The notes below the pieces were generated by a model, which was not told where the DNA came from, searched no databases, and worked only from the letters and a program-made list of their open reading frames with translations. The position numbers and the translations under genes were made by a program. A stretch of 64,000 bases of DNA from Octopus sinensis. Its lineage: Eukaryota. Below are positions 1 through 13,800 of the stretch, in pieces; the first letter of the stretch is position 1; each line of letters opens with the position of its first letter. The DNA is taken from assembly GCF_006345805.1 (NCBI RefSeq), contig NC_043011.1:56990464-57054463 (forward strand), read 5' to 3'.

Positions 1-649
1 GCGACCATACAGGGGCACCATCTTGAAAGGTTTTAGTCAAACAAATCAATCCCTGTTTTTTTTTCTGTTTTTTTTTTGTTTTGTTTTTAATTTTATTACT
101 TATTCTATGGGTCTCTTTCGCTGAACCACCAAGTTACAGGGACATAAACAAACCAACACTAGTTGTCAGGAGAGGGGTAAGTACAGACACAAAGACACGC
201 GCACGCGCACAAACACAGACATGCACACAACTGACTTCTAGACAGTCTCTGTGTAACAAATCCATTCATAAGCTGCCCCAGGGCTATAGTAGAAGACACA
301 TATCCAAGGTGCCACAGAGTGGGACTGAACCTGAAACCACACAGATGCAAAACAAGCTTCTTAACCACCCAGCTATGCCTGAACTTATTTTAACATTAAA
401 CAGAATTTATTACTCAATACTTTTCAGCAGAGTACAGTAAAACGGTTGACAGTGACTTTGAAGTCCCAGCTTATTCACTGTCACCAGGCTGTGTTTTATT
501 TTTGCTTTTTCTGAGTTTTTGGTTGTTTGTCCTTTGACAGGTGGTGTAATGTAAATGAGAATCAGGTGTGGTGCTGCTAGGACAGGAAAAGTGTTTATCT
601 AGGTATATGCGTATACGTGTGTGTGTGTGTGTATGGATGCACACACACA

Positions 650-692
<43 letters not shown>

Positions 693-810
693 CATGTATA
701 TGCATACCACTGAATACCTCCCTATCAAATAATGGCATATCAGCCTAGTTTGGCTTAACGATCAAAAGTGTGTTTTTGTGCTTGTGTGTGTTTGCATATA
801 TTTGTGTTTT

Positions 811-842
<32 letters not shown>

Positions 843-1522
843 AGCATGTGTGTGTGTGTGTGTGCGTGCATGCATGTGTGTGTGTGTGTGTTAAAGTCTG
901 TCTTAAGCCTACAAACCCATTAGGCCAGAGTGTACCCCGGTGCTCTTAACATCCAAGTGAGTGATAGCACAAGTGTCAGCCCTGAACACAACGTCAGTCT
1001 GTGGCAAAGTTAATTTAGCAAGACAAATTTGTCTAGACAGTTTTCTTATTCAGGCACAATGACATTCTTTTAGAAAAGGGATTGCCATAGACGGGGGGGG
1101 GGGTACTGCAGGGACGGAGCAGAGGATACTGTGTCGTTCCTGACCTATATGAAGACATAACCAACTACGTTGGACCCCCAGCATGTCATTGCTATTTCAC
1201 CAATTAAATTAATGTCATCTGCATTGTTAGATCATTTGATATCAGCTTCTTTTTTTCTCCATGAATATCTGAGCCATTTACGATATTTATTCTTCATGTG
1301 TATTTAATGGATATAAAAGTGAAGGGAAGGCCGCTTCGTTGGGGAATTTCCCTTCCCAGTCACATACTTTCAGGTTCGGTCCTACTTTGTAGCACTTTGG
1401 ACAAGTGTTTTCAACTGTAGCTCCAGGCTGACCAAAGCCATGTGAGTTGATTTAGGAGATGGAAACTAAAAGAAGCCCATCTCATATATATATATATATT
1501 ATATATATATATATATATATAT

Positions 1523-1720
1523 GATAGATCGTTAACCATGATAGGCCGTTAGCCACTACACACATTTTTTTCTCTCCTTGTTTTTTCTGTGTCCCTTTCT
1601 GTAGAAGAGCGTAGGCTCGAAACGTAAAAGACTTTTTCTATTCCTGAGCATTATACTAGTACATCTGTTTGTTTTGTACACCACCTGTCTTTGTCTTTTG
1701 TTTTTTTCGTAAACTCTCCC
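1523..1720 (+). mobile_element. Penelope-like terminal repeat (pLTR) fragment embedded in (TA)n
   Basis: Shares TAGCCACTACAC...CTCTCCTTGTTT with the end of the GIY-YIG fragment at about 16767-16807, contains a hammerhead-like motif, and has (TA)n on both sides. Confidence 0.65.
1595..1630 (+). ncRNA. Minimal type I hammerhead-like motif (core variant CUGUAGA)
   Basis: CUUU-CUGUAGA-A-GAGC-GUAG-GCUC-GAAA-CG-UA-AAAG. Stems I and II pair perfectly and stem III is the palindrome ACGU. Confidence 0.6.
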
Positions 1721-4472
1721 GATATATATGCATATGTATGTAGGTATTTGTGTGTGTATCACTCTCTCCTTGGCTTGACATCATCGCATGATAGTTGTAA
1801 CTGAGTGTCACTGTCAATACAAGGGGTATCCTTTATTTCCAGTCTTTAGAGAGTTATCTGGCCATGGGGGCAATATTACTTGGCTTGGAAACAGGTGAGG
1901 GTTGGTGACAGGAAAGGCATCCAGTCATAGAAAACCTGCCTCAGTAAGCTTTGTTCACCTTATGCAAGCATGGAAAAGTAGACATTAAAATGAAACAACA
2001 ACAATGATGGTGGTGGTCATGGTGGTCATGGTGGTCGTGGTGGCAGTTTATGACACTGCAAAATAAAAGTTAATTTGTGTTATTAATAATTGTAGCATTT
2101 TCAGTTTGCTTACGTAATTAATGCCATTGAGAAAGGGCATCAAAACTCGTATTTTATTGTTCCTTTCTTTGAAGTCAATAAGGCTAAGCACTAATTATTG
2201 GATTCGACTAATTATAAAGAGGCAAATATTTCGTTTTGATGATTTTTTGCAATGTGTTAAATAGATGAATGGTTTTTATATTTCTCACTCTGTTTTCCTC
2301 TCCCCCCCTCTCTCTAATATATATATGTTCGTCTATATGGTGATGGTAGCCTCTTGTAGTCCAAGAAAAACGGTTCTGCAATTCCTTGCTGTACATCAGC
2401 TCACTCCATCCGTCAAGTTGACATTGCCTGGACAGGTGCACAGTGCACCATGCATCAGGTGTCGAAGTAAGTGCAGAGCAATGTAAGGTGAAGTGTTTTG
2501 CTCAAGAACAAAATGTGCCACCTGGTCCAGGAATTGAAACCACGATCTCGCAGTTGTTAGTGCAACAGCCTAACCACTTGCCCATGCACCCTCACAGTGT
2601 GTGTGTGTGTATGAATATGTATATTTATATGTGTGTGAATATGTATATATAACATGTCTGTATGTATATATGTGTGTATATATGTATGTACACACACACT
2701 CATATACAGTTATTTATTCTTGTTCCAAATTAATTTGACAAGAACACAAGTCTGAAACATACTGCTGTTTGTCATTAATCATTAAATTCATTTGAGTGTG
2801 TGTGTAGATGTGTATAAACACGCACACACACACAAGCACACATACACACACAGAGTTTGAAAAGAATTACCATATGTCCTAATCAATTTAATATTGAATT
2901 TTTCTGCTAAAGTTCTCAAATACATGTCTTGATATCTAAATGTAGATTACCAAAATTAGGCTCCCAACACCATCTTTTCAGTCCCCGCTTCACGTACAGT
3001 GTTGACGGACACTCATTTCCAATTATTTATTCAATTTTTTCTCCATATTTCACAAATAAATCTACACTGTGTGTGCAGTTTATTTGTACAATAGATGTCT
3101 CTGCCAAATGTTCACTTGAGTGGGGATGGGTATTCTTTAATTCTCTTCAACTGGTTTCATTCACTGGACTTTGGCCATGCTGGGGCATCAGGCTCAAGGG
3201 TTTTAATCATTAACATTGTCCTTAATATTTAGATTAGTCTGGTTCTTATTTTACCGAGTTCTTTGTTTCTTCTGTTATTGGTTGTCTGTTGATTTTTCAC
3301 ATAAAGGGGTTTACACCATTATACACAAATATACACAAATTCACCTATACATACACACACATGCAAACACATGCAAAGGGCTTCCTCACAGTTTCCACCT
3401 ACCACATTCCACTCCTAAAATCTTTGTCAAACTGAGGCTATAATAGAAGACACTTGCCCAAGGTGCCACTGCAGATTAGGATTGAACCTGGGACCATGTG
3501 GTTGTGAAGTCAACTTCTCACCTGCACAGCTGTGCCCGCATCTAACTTTTTGCTGATATCAAAGAATTCTAAATTTTATGATTACAGTTCCATTTCTTAC
3601 TTTAGGAAATGTCTTTAAGACGATGATGCCATCAATTTAGAGTTCACCAGGCATGGCTGCGTGGTTAAGAAACTCACTTTGCAACCACATGATTTTAGGT
3701 TCAGTCCCATTGTGTGGCACCTTGGGCAAGTGTTGTCTATTATAGTCTTGGGCCAACTGATGCCCTTGTGAATGAATTAAGTGAGTGAAAACTATGGAAG
3801 CCCATCGTGTGTGTGTGCAATGCCATTTGTGAGGTCTCTCATGAGTGCTACTGGTAACATGGAATCCAATACATGTTGCATGGTCAAGTCATTGGCAATT
3901 TAACTGCAGTGCCCCCCCCCTCCCACTAAAGACAAGACTTGTCAAAAGGATGGAAGAGCCCGGCTTCAATGAATATCTTGAAATATCATGGGCCCTCAAA
4001 AATTCTGGGTTAGTGTTTGGGATACTGGAAGACCATTGGGGAGTGAGGCACTCCTCAGCATTTTTTTTTTTTGAAGCATAACTCTAAGAGCTGGTCAGTC
4101 TGATATAAAACTGGACATGCAGGAAATGGCATTGGGCATTTCATGGATAGTTTTGCTTGCATTTGAGATCTCGGTGCTCCCACATTGCTGAGCCTGTGAC
4201 CCATATTGACATTGGACATCTTGCCTTGGTTTGTCTCCGGATTATGTCAATAGGTTGGAGAGGGCCTATGAGGTCGTTGCATTATGCAAGCCTTATCAGA
4301 ACCTAAAATTTTGCCTAGACATTCCTTTGTCAGTGATAGTCATCTTCCTCTGTGAGATGACAGCCATCATCATGTATGTGTCTCTATGTCCCTGCCCCCG
4401 CCACTCAATCAAGTACTGGGGCCAGTGTAATCATACCCCTTTCCTTATCACTGGCCTTGCATCTAAGCTAGA

Positions 4473-4473
4473 A

Positions 4474-4537
<64 letters not shown>

Positions 4538-4551
4538 TATCATTATCATCA

Positions 4552-4597
<46 letters not shown>

Positions 4598-4608
4598 CAT
4601 TATCATCA

Positions 4609-4645
<37 letters not shown>

Positions 4646-4835
4646 TATCATTATCATTATTATCATTATCATCATCATTATTATTATTATATTATTATTA
4701 TTATCATATCATTATCATTATTATCATTATCATCATTATTATATTATTATTATCATTATCATTATCATATCATTATTATCATTATCATTATTATATTATC
4801 ATTATTATATTATCATTATCATATTATCATTATCA

Positions 4836-4892
<57 letters not shown>

Positions 4893-4911
4893 ATCATTAT
4901 CATTATCATCA

Positions 4912-4969
<58 letters not shown>

Positions 4970-5032
4970 TATCATCATCATTATTATTATTAGCCAATAA
5001 AAAAACGAATTATCATCATCATTATTATCATC
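4473..5032. repeat. Compound (ATT/ATC)n microsatellite
   Basis: About 560 bp of ATT/ATC triplets. Confidence 0.97.
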
Positions 5033-5528
5033 ACTTTTTAACTCAGGTTTAATGTAACTCTTGGAGTCTTGGATGCATAATGGGCTTGCTGCCTGCAGCC
5101 TATGGTACCATGCTATCTGTTCCTTTCTATTATCTAATAACTCCTCCTCCTCCTCTTCCTCCTTCTTCTCGTTATTATTTTTATCCTTAGTATAATCATT
5201 TGGAAGTGAGCAATCCCCAATCTTATGTAAATTCCTAAACATTGTCATAGTGATGTATTGTTTAGTGAAGAAATTAATGGACCCGTGAGGGGTGTGTGTG
5301 GGGTGGGATGGAGGGGTGTTTCTATTTTTATTCAATTTTTGAAAAAGTCGTTTATTTTTATTTCATGATTAATTTTGATATCTTGATATTTCTGACATTT
5401 GAATTAATTGCCAGGTTTAGCCATTTGATAATGACACTTGGAAAATGATTACACACACACACACACAACACACACACACACACATGTATATACATATATA
5501 TACCAACATATGTGTATACACACACACA

Positions 5529-5602
<74 letters not shown>

Positions 5603-6055
5603 TATATATAAAAATACATGCGTGCACGTATGTTTCATATTTTTGCATTTGAAACACAGAATTCTAAAGTCTAACGAAGAAATCCGTGAGAAAAATAGAA
5701 GAAAAGTCAAAAGTGAAACTGCGTTAAGATGCTTCCAAATAGATGAGATTTTAATTGGTTAGTACATAACGAGGAAGTTAAGTTTGCTCAGTATGAGGAG
5801 GGTTGGAAATTTCATACACCATACAATAGGAAGACTAAAACACACCTCCCTCACTCTGTCTGTCTGTTTGTCTGTCTGTCTCTCTCTCCACACACACACA
5901 TACACACACACACACACAATTAGCTGGGATAAATTCTACCCATTTTGATGACTCTGTTCATCTACACACACATTTATACACTCACTACTCTGTTCCTTTC
6001 CAGTCTATGCTCATATACATACGTGTGTGTGTCTATATATATATATATACACAGT

Positions 6056-6282
6056 GGCGAGCTGGCAGAAGCGCTAGCGCGCTGGGCGAAATGCTTAGCG
6101 GTATTTCGTCTGTCATTACGTTCTGAGTTCAAATTCTGCCGAGGTCGACTTTGCCTTTCATCCTTTCGGGGTCGATAAATTAAGTACCAGTTACGCACTG
6201 GGGTTGATGTAATCAACTTAATCCCTTTGTCTGTCCTTGTTTGTCCCCTCTATGTTTAGCCCCTTGTGGGCTGTAAAGAAAT
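6056..6282 (+). mobile_element. tRNA-derived SINE family A (central domain resembles the Meta-type domain)
   Basis: GGCGAGCTGGCAGAA...GAGTTCAAATTC...GTCGACTTTGCCTTTCATCCTTTCGGGGTCGATAAATTAAGTACCAG. Many copies in the window. The domain name is assigned from memory. Confidence 0.85.
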
Positions 6283-6318
6283 GTATATATATGCATGTAT
6301 GTATATTTATGTGAACAT

Positions 6319-6514
6319 TCTTTTACTCTTTTACTTGTTTCAGTCATTTGACTGTGGCCATGCTGGAGCACCGCCTTTAGTCGAGCAAATCGACGCCAGC
6401 ACTTATTCTATCGTTCTTTTTTGCTGAACTGCTAAGTTATGTGGACGTAAACACACCAGCATCGGTTCTCATGTGATGCTGGGAGCGGGGGAGGACGAAC
6501 ACAGACACACACAC

Positions 6515-6549
<35 letters not shown>

Positions 6550-6720
6550 CATATATACGATGGGCTTCTTTCAGTTTCCATCTACCAAATCCACTCACAA
6601 GGGTTTGGTCGGCCCAAGGCTATAGTAGAAGACACTTGCCCAAGGTGCCATACAATGGGACTGAACCCGGAACCATGTGGTTGGTAAACAAGCTACTTAC
6701 CACACAGCCACCCCTGCACC
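6319..6720 (-). mobile_element. tRNA-derived SINE family B (CORE-like CCTTGGGCAAGT domain, internal microsatellite)
   Basis: Full-length minus copy. Related copies at about 1-380(-), 3145-3540(-), 3649-3815(+), 20490-20900(-), 31677-31850(+), 47297-47670(+), 54885-55147(-), 59880-60215(-) and 62186-62345(-). Confidence 0.85.
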
Positions 6721-6768
6721 TACATACAGACACACACATTGTATGTGTGTGTTTGTTTGTAATATATA

Positions 6769-6932
6769 AATAGATAGACAGATAGAGATATAGGTAGGTA
6801 GGCAGACAGGTAGGTATGTAGATAGATAGATAGATAAGTAGATAGACAGATAGATAGACAGACAGATATAGATAGATAGACAGATAAGTAGGTAGGTAGG
6901 ATGGATGGCTGGATGGAACGTTAGATAGATAG
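6769..6932. repeat. (GATA/GACA/GGTA)n tetranucleotide satellite
   Basis: Read directly from the sequence. Confidence 0.92.
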
Positions 6933-7868
6933 CTCTATACCATCATCCATCACAGTTTTACATCAACTTTCTATGCGGGCATGGGTTGGATGGATTGTCA
7001 TATTCAGGAGTATTGGTCATCTACGTGGATTGGAGGGATGCATCTCACTCATGTACACGTGCATATCATCATTATCACCATCATTGCTTGCATGGGTCAG
7101 ACAAGTTTCATTGAAGCAGATGTTCTGTGACTGGGTGCTCTTCCTGTTGCCAAACTGCACCTGTTTCTATTCAAGGTAATCTTTTCTCATGGCCAGAAAG
7201 GTTTGTTTTTTTTACAGAAAGCCAGACACACACACATGCACACATATATGTCATCTTCATCATTGTTTTTGCATCCATTTTCCACTCTGGCGTGGGTTGG
7301 ACGGTTTGACTGGAGCTGGTAAGCTGGAGAGCTGTATCAGGCTCCAGTCTCTGATTTTGGCTTCGTTTCTGCAGCTGGATGCCCAAGGTTTTTCTTTTAA
7401 ATTTCAAGGACCACTTTCTATCCTCTAAGGAGATTATAACCTGATTTGCGATCATAAATCAATCAGAACAAGGAAACAGTAAAAACATGTTCAATTGCAG
7501 CAACTGTTTTCGATATCTACATTGTGTTTAATTAAGATTGCATAGAACCAGTTTATCACTGTCACAGATAAGCGTAGTTAGGATTTTAATGAAAAATGAA
7601 AAAAAAATGTTAATGATACATGGTTTTGTATGAGAGGAAATTATGAAACTGTATCATTTTTTTTCTTATCGAATTGTTTGCACATTTAAAAATGTGGTAA
7701 GTAGGAATTTATTTGAGTAATGAACTTCAAATTGTAAATTGGTTTGTCTTAAAGAAGAGGGAAAGCTTGTTTCTTGCTGTGTCTTTTGACAGAGAATTAT
7801 ATTTCCAGATGGAACCCAATAAATAAATTAGGAACCTCTCTGTTGTTCTATCTCTCTGTTTCTGTCTG

Positions 7869-7948
<80 letters not shown>

Positions 7949-9394
7949 TGCTGGTCTGTCTGATTATTTCTCTCCTTCTGTGTCATATTTACAAGTATCA
8001 GCAATCATGGATCTCCGTGCCAGAGTTAGAAGTTAAATATTTTCCCTTGGGAAAGTTACCATAGCGCTTCTCCATTGCTTCTCCTGCCAATTTATTTACC
8101 ATTTACTCTGCTAAACTTCTGCTGCTTCCGCAAGCTTTCCTTTGTGACATGGGGTCTATTTCACCCTTAAGCAGGGTGTTCATATGACATTAGGGCATGA
8201 CTACACATTGTTGGACTTGTGTCATGTATGTCCAAGTACCAGCATTCCACCAAGTGGTGTTTGCCTTAACCACGAGACCATTTCCTACTATCTGACCCAC
8301 AACTGTAGCCCTTGACAGGTACTAATACTCAGAGTCAGAGTAGATCGGAGGGGGGGGGGGTGCTGTGGTGAAAGAATTACTCCATTTTCATCAAAATGTC
8401 TCAACTCCAGACGCAGTTTCGTCTGTTACTCAGGACACAATGACCAAAGAAATCCTTCATGGTTGTTTGCACCTCGATTCAGTTCTTCCAGATTTTTCTA
8501 AAACTCATGACCATAGCGTTTATAATAGAAAGGAACAGATAGCATGGTACCATAGGCTGCAGGCAGGAAGCCCATTATGCATCCAAGACTCCAAGAGTTT
8601 ACCATTCTGCTGCTGGATGGAAGCTACACCATGCCATCATTGCCAGCTCGTCTTTGCTGCCAGTTGCAGATCTGCCCTTTCCATACTGACCAGTGGGTGG
8701 TGGTGGGTTGGGTGGTAGTATTCATCTATGGTCTGGTGGTTAGCCCTGTCTGTCAGCATTAGGGCAGAAGTTCAACTGAAAATGCAAAGTGCAGGAACAA
8801 CTACCACAAGGCACTTTGAGTGATGCTATAACAATTTCCAGAATTGTCAATGGCACGATTTGAACTCAAAGCCAGGAGAAGCACAAGAAAGGTGTTTAAT
8901 CTGATTCTCTTACACGTTGCCAAATAAATAATCAACTAATTAGTCAAAACATAACATTTTACCTCTTCCTCACAGCTAAAGAATTTATTTCATTTTTTAA
9001 ACTATCCCCACTAATTACCAATTCAATCTATCTCTAGTTTACTCAAATCCTGTTTATTTTACCTGTATATGGTGTTGCTGTTGTTGTTTAGCCCCAGGTC
9101 AGCCTTAACTGAGCAGACCTATTCATCACTATTCCGTTTTATTCACCTAAACCAACATTATCCAACCTTCTTTTAGGTAGAAGGATATGATTTAAAGGAG
9201 ATTTGGCTGCTATTTCTAGCAAGTGGAGGAGCAATCACATTCACCTGTGTTTTCAGTGTGGTAGTATCCTTGCGCATTACTACTGTAGGATTCGGTAATT
9301 TTTAGTTGAACAGGGGAAAAGAAAAACACCCAAAACCTACAGAAATGCATTTGCTGTGAACAGCTTCTAAAACTCTCCCTTGCATCTCTCACAC

Positions 9395-9522
9395 ACTCTC
9401 TCTCTCCCTCTTTTTTCCTCTCTCTCTCTCCCTCTTTTTTCCTCTCTCTCTCTCCCTCTTTTTTCCTCTCTCTCTCTCCCTCTTTTTTCCTCTCTCTCTC
9501 TCCCTCTTCCTTCTCTCTCCTT

Positions 9523-9559
<37 letters not shown>

Positions 9560-9578
9560 TAGCTCTCTCTCTCTCTCT
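9395..9578. repeat. Polypyrimidine (CT)n tract with a 24-bp higher-order unit
   Basis: The repeated unit gives EGERERKK four times in the minus-strand ORF. Confidence 0.9.
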
Positions 9579-10117
9579 TGAAACAAAAAGGAACATAAAA
9601 CAGTTTCCGGAAGGTTTATTAGACAGTTTTATGTTGATTTATTTATTAGAAAATATATTTTTCTTGTTAAACTTTGATATGCATTGGAGAATGAATGGAT
9701 TGTTCTAACACAGTTGTACGTCTTATCCTAGGTGTAAAACCATGTTCACCATTGCTGCGATGAGATATTTTTCTTGTTGAACACTTGCTTACAGAATGAG
9801 TCATGATAAATCAGTAGAACTCGGTGATAGTAGATGATATACACACATACATGCATACATACATACATACGTGTGTGTGTAGAGAGAGAGAAGGGGGAGG
9901 AGCAAAATGGTTGATAGCTGGCCAAAGTTGTGTTATCGATCATCATGATAAGATCAGCCATGATGTAAACCGGAATATTGGTGATGGGACTTAGGTCATA
10001 ACTAAACACGGGATTAGTGTTCTCTCATTGTCATTGTCAGTTTATAAATAAAAACTATTTTAAAGCTCATGCATACATAAACACACACACACACGCGTGC
10101 GTGCGTACACACATATA

Positions 10118-10155
<38 letters not shown>

Positions 10156-10875
10156 CTTTTCTGATTTGATCCCACCAACTTATTTAAAAAATAAAAAATA
10201 CTGGTTCAGCTGAAGATAAAAATGCTCCATTCTTATTAATGCTAGAGTTCAGACAAAATCTAATAAATAAACCATTGAACAGATTACTGTCTCATTTTTG
10301 TCTCTCTTTTTCTCTCAAGACACACAGACAGACACCACACACACACACACACACACACACAGAGTGACATTATGTAATATGGACATGCAAATCATCACGG
10401 CGAGAATCATTATCAACGAGAACATTCATTTTTACTTCTTGTTATATACACATGTGGCCATGTAGTATATTTGTAGCATCCACATGCACTTGCTGTGTTG
10501 GCAACATGCCATAGACATGTAGTGTTTTACAACATGCACTTAAACGTGTTTGCAACACTGCATAGCTGTAGTGTGTTTGCAACATCTGCACAAACATGGA
10601 GCGTTGACAAAAATCACATAGGCATGTAGCTTTTGCAGCATCCATGTGTACATGTTGTATGTGCAACACCACATGCATACATGTAGCATTGGCAGCATCA
10701 GACACATGAACACACCCTCACTGCATCTATATAAAAACCCATTTTCTCCCTGCCCACAGGGACACACAGACAGAGGGCAGGTGTGTTGAATGAGAGACCT
10801 GCCAGATAATGTTGAAGGTGACAGGAGGAAGATTTTGGTCCTCATGTAAGAGGAACAGGTGGACCTGTTGGAATG

Positions 10876-11003
10876 AGGTGGGGGTGTGGCGTGGGGGAAG
10901 AAGTGGTGGTGGTGGTGGTGGGGTGGGGGTGTGGGGGAAGAAGTGGTGGTTGTGGTGGTGGGGTGGGGGTGTGGGGGAAGAAGTGGTGGTTGTGGTGGTG
11001 GGG
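10876..11003 (+). repeat. G-rich tandem repeat
   Basis: Three copies of GGGGGAAGAAGTGGTGGT...GGGGTGGGGGTGT. Confidence 0.85.
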
Positions 11004-13420
11004 CTGCATCAATAATGAAGAGGAGGAAGAAGAAGTATAAAAGGAGAAGGAAAATGAAAAAAAAAAACAAATAAAAAATTACTCCGTAAGTCGACCACCA
11101 CTGATGATAGTCAATCTGTTTTCTGCTCTTTGTTCAGGCTGTGTGACTCAACCCAATAAATCATGCTGTCTATCAAACTACAATCTTTCATTGATCATTC
11201 AGAAATCCAACATTTGTTGTTGTTGTAATAACCATTAAGTTTTTTTCTTGGCATTTAATGTGCTTGCACCCTCTCCTCCCCCAGTTATCTAATGAACTGA
11301 CCTAACAAAACCTGATGATGAACCGTTAAAAAAACTTCTCTGTTACCAATTGACCTGCTAGAAATAGTAATCAAATGTCCTTCAAATTGCACTCTTGGAC
11401 AGGGATTTTCAAGTGCTGTGCTGCAGATTTTTAAAAATTTCATTTTAGGCTTTTACGACCATATTTTTTATTAAAAAAACACTGCTTTTGCTTCAGTTAA
11501 TTTTAAAGATAATGAAGAAATTTAGTAAAATAATTGTATGTTTATCAATGCTGGGCCTCACTGAGGAAATGACGAGGGACCGGGAGATGTGGCTGTTTGC
11601 TGTACTTGGTAAGATGCATCAAGCTAAGTAAAAACACTGTCTTGCTCACATACAGGCTTGTGCTTTTCAGGTACTAGTGCCAGGTAAAAAGCACCCAGTG
11701 GAGCACTCTGTTAAGTGGTTGGCATTAGGAAGGGCATCCAGCCATAGAAACCATGCCACGACAGACAATTGCAGTCTGGACAGCTAGCCAGGTTTATGTC
11801 AAACAGTCCAACCCATGCCAGCATAGAAAACGGATGTTAAATGATGATGATGATGATGTTTAGAACATATTCATGAAATTTTGGTGGCAGCTTTTCAGGT
11901 CATTTTAAAACAAAGTATTTGTATTGTAAGAACCAGGGTCACTCTCAGGTGGGTTGGTGTCAAAAGGAATTAAAGCCTTAGAAAATCCATAATAATGTTC
12001 AAGTGTCAACAAAAGACCTTATTTAGAATTTTGTTAAATACCAATAGGATTAATAAAACCAGGCGAATAATTGTTTGCTGTGTTTTTGTTTTTTGTTTTT
12101 TGGTTAATTAAAAATTGTTTTCCTCTTTTGATCCCAACCCACCTGAGACCAGCCCATGTTCTGTGATACAAAATGAAAGCTTTCCTTCAAAAATTAATAC
12201 TGGGGTTGATTTGAGTGACTAATCCCCCCAATCAGGTTAATTTAATCTAGCTTAATGAGGATAAAGTTATGTCGCTAAATTCTTTGTTGCTTTTGAAATT
12301 AATTGAAACAAAGGCAGAGCATTTCAATAGAAATATGGTAAGAAGAGGCTTGAAGCAGATTCAGGAATGGTTGTGGTGGTTCAGTTTTAAGTTCAATCCC
12401 AAGGTTCATCTTTGGGCAGATGTTTTCTGTAAGCCCTGGTCAGTCACTGTTTTGGCAAGAGTGTGTGTGTGTGTTGTGAGTGTGTGCATATCTTTGCTTT
12501 TGTGTTTGCCATTCACCACGTGACAACTGGTGTTGGTTTGTTTATGTCCCTGAAACTTAGCAGTTCAACATAAAGAGACCAATGTATTAAGTACCAGACT
12601 CAAGATAAAAACTGGGTGCTGGGGTCAATTTGAGTGACTAAACCTTTGTCTTGCCACTTGACAACTGGTATTAATTTGTTTATGCCCCAGTAACTTAGAG
12701 GTTCAGCAAAAGAGACCAACAGAATAAGCACCAAGTTTAAAATAAATAGGCAGGTGTTTGATTTGAGGGACTCCACAACATTTCAAGCAAGGTACCCTGC
12801 CTCATCACAGCCATGGCCCCAGTCCAAAGACAGAAAAACTAATTTTTGATTTGCCATGGAAGTGACACCAGTCTTTTGCCTTCTGTTTATCTCCCGTTAT
12901 ATGTGACAATACCAAAAAGGGTCACGAATGGAAAAGACCTTTTTTTTTAGAGTTAAACGGAGCTGAAAAATTAAATTTCTTCCAAGTTCATATCCCAATG
13001 GCCAGATGACTATATCAAGAACCACTTCATTACAAGTTGATTATTTTTCTATCAATCGCAATCAATCATAATCAATCACCAATTGTTACTACTTTTATTT
13101 TCTCTTTTGTCATCTTATGGATTCTTGCACTAAATCCTTCCTTTTGAGCTGCTTTCGTCATTTCTTTTCTCCCATCCTCAGTGGGGGGGGGGTGATGGTT
13201 GGGCAGTGGTGGTGGTGATTCTCTGAAGCATTGAGTCAACAACTGACAAAGTCCATCGTGTCATGATGCATTATTTCCATTTTTCCAATAAAAATAACTT
13301 CTATTTTTTTATCATTTGAGCACTCACAGCCATTCAAGTAATTAATATTTTTAAATAAAAAGTCTTATTTACTTTCTTTCCAATTATATTTTTTTGAAAA
13401 ATATCATTATATTATAGTCA

Positions 13421-13800
13421 CAGGCATGGCTCTGTGTTAAGAAGCTTGCCTTCCGACCAAATGGTTCTTGGTTCAGTCCCACTACATGCCACCTTGGGCA
13501 AGTGTCTTCTATTGTAGCCTCGAGTCAACCAAAGCCTTGTTTAGTGAATTTGGTAGACGGAAACTAAAGAGAAGCCTGTTGTGTGTGTGTGTGTTCCCCA
13601 CCATCACTTGACAACCAGTGTTGGTGTGTTTACATCCCAATAACTTAGTGATTCAGAAAAAGAGGCTAATTGAATATGTACCAGGCTTTATAAGAAAAAA
13701 AATAAGCCTTGGGGGTCGATTCATTCAACTAAAAATTCTTCAGAGCATTGTCCCAGCATGGCCATAGTCTAATGACTGAAATGAGTAAAAGTTAAAAGAT
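13421..13800 (+). mobile_element. SINE family B, full-length plus copy
   Basis: GGCATGGCT...GGTTCAGTCCCAC...CCTTGGGCAAGTGTCTTC...GACTGAAATGAGTAAAAG. Confidence 0.85.

Noticed and set aside
4231-5052. 273-aa hydrophobic ORF and its antisense ORFs
   Set aside because: Translation of an ATT/ATC microsatellite.
10440-10725. Degenerate CATGTAGC/GCAACA repeats
   Set aside because: Appears to be an old decayed minisatellite; I could not define a reliable unit or function.
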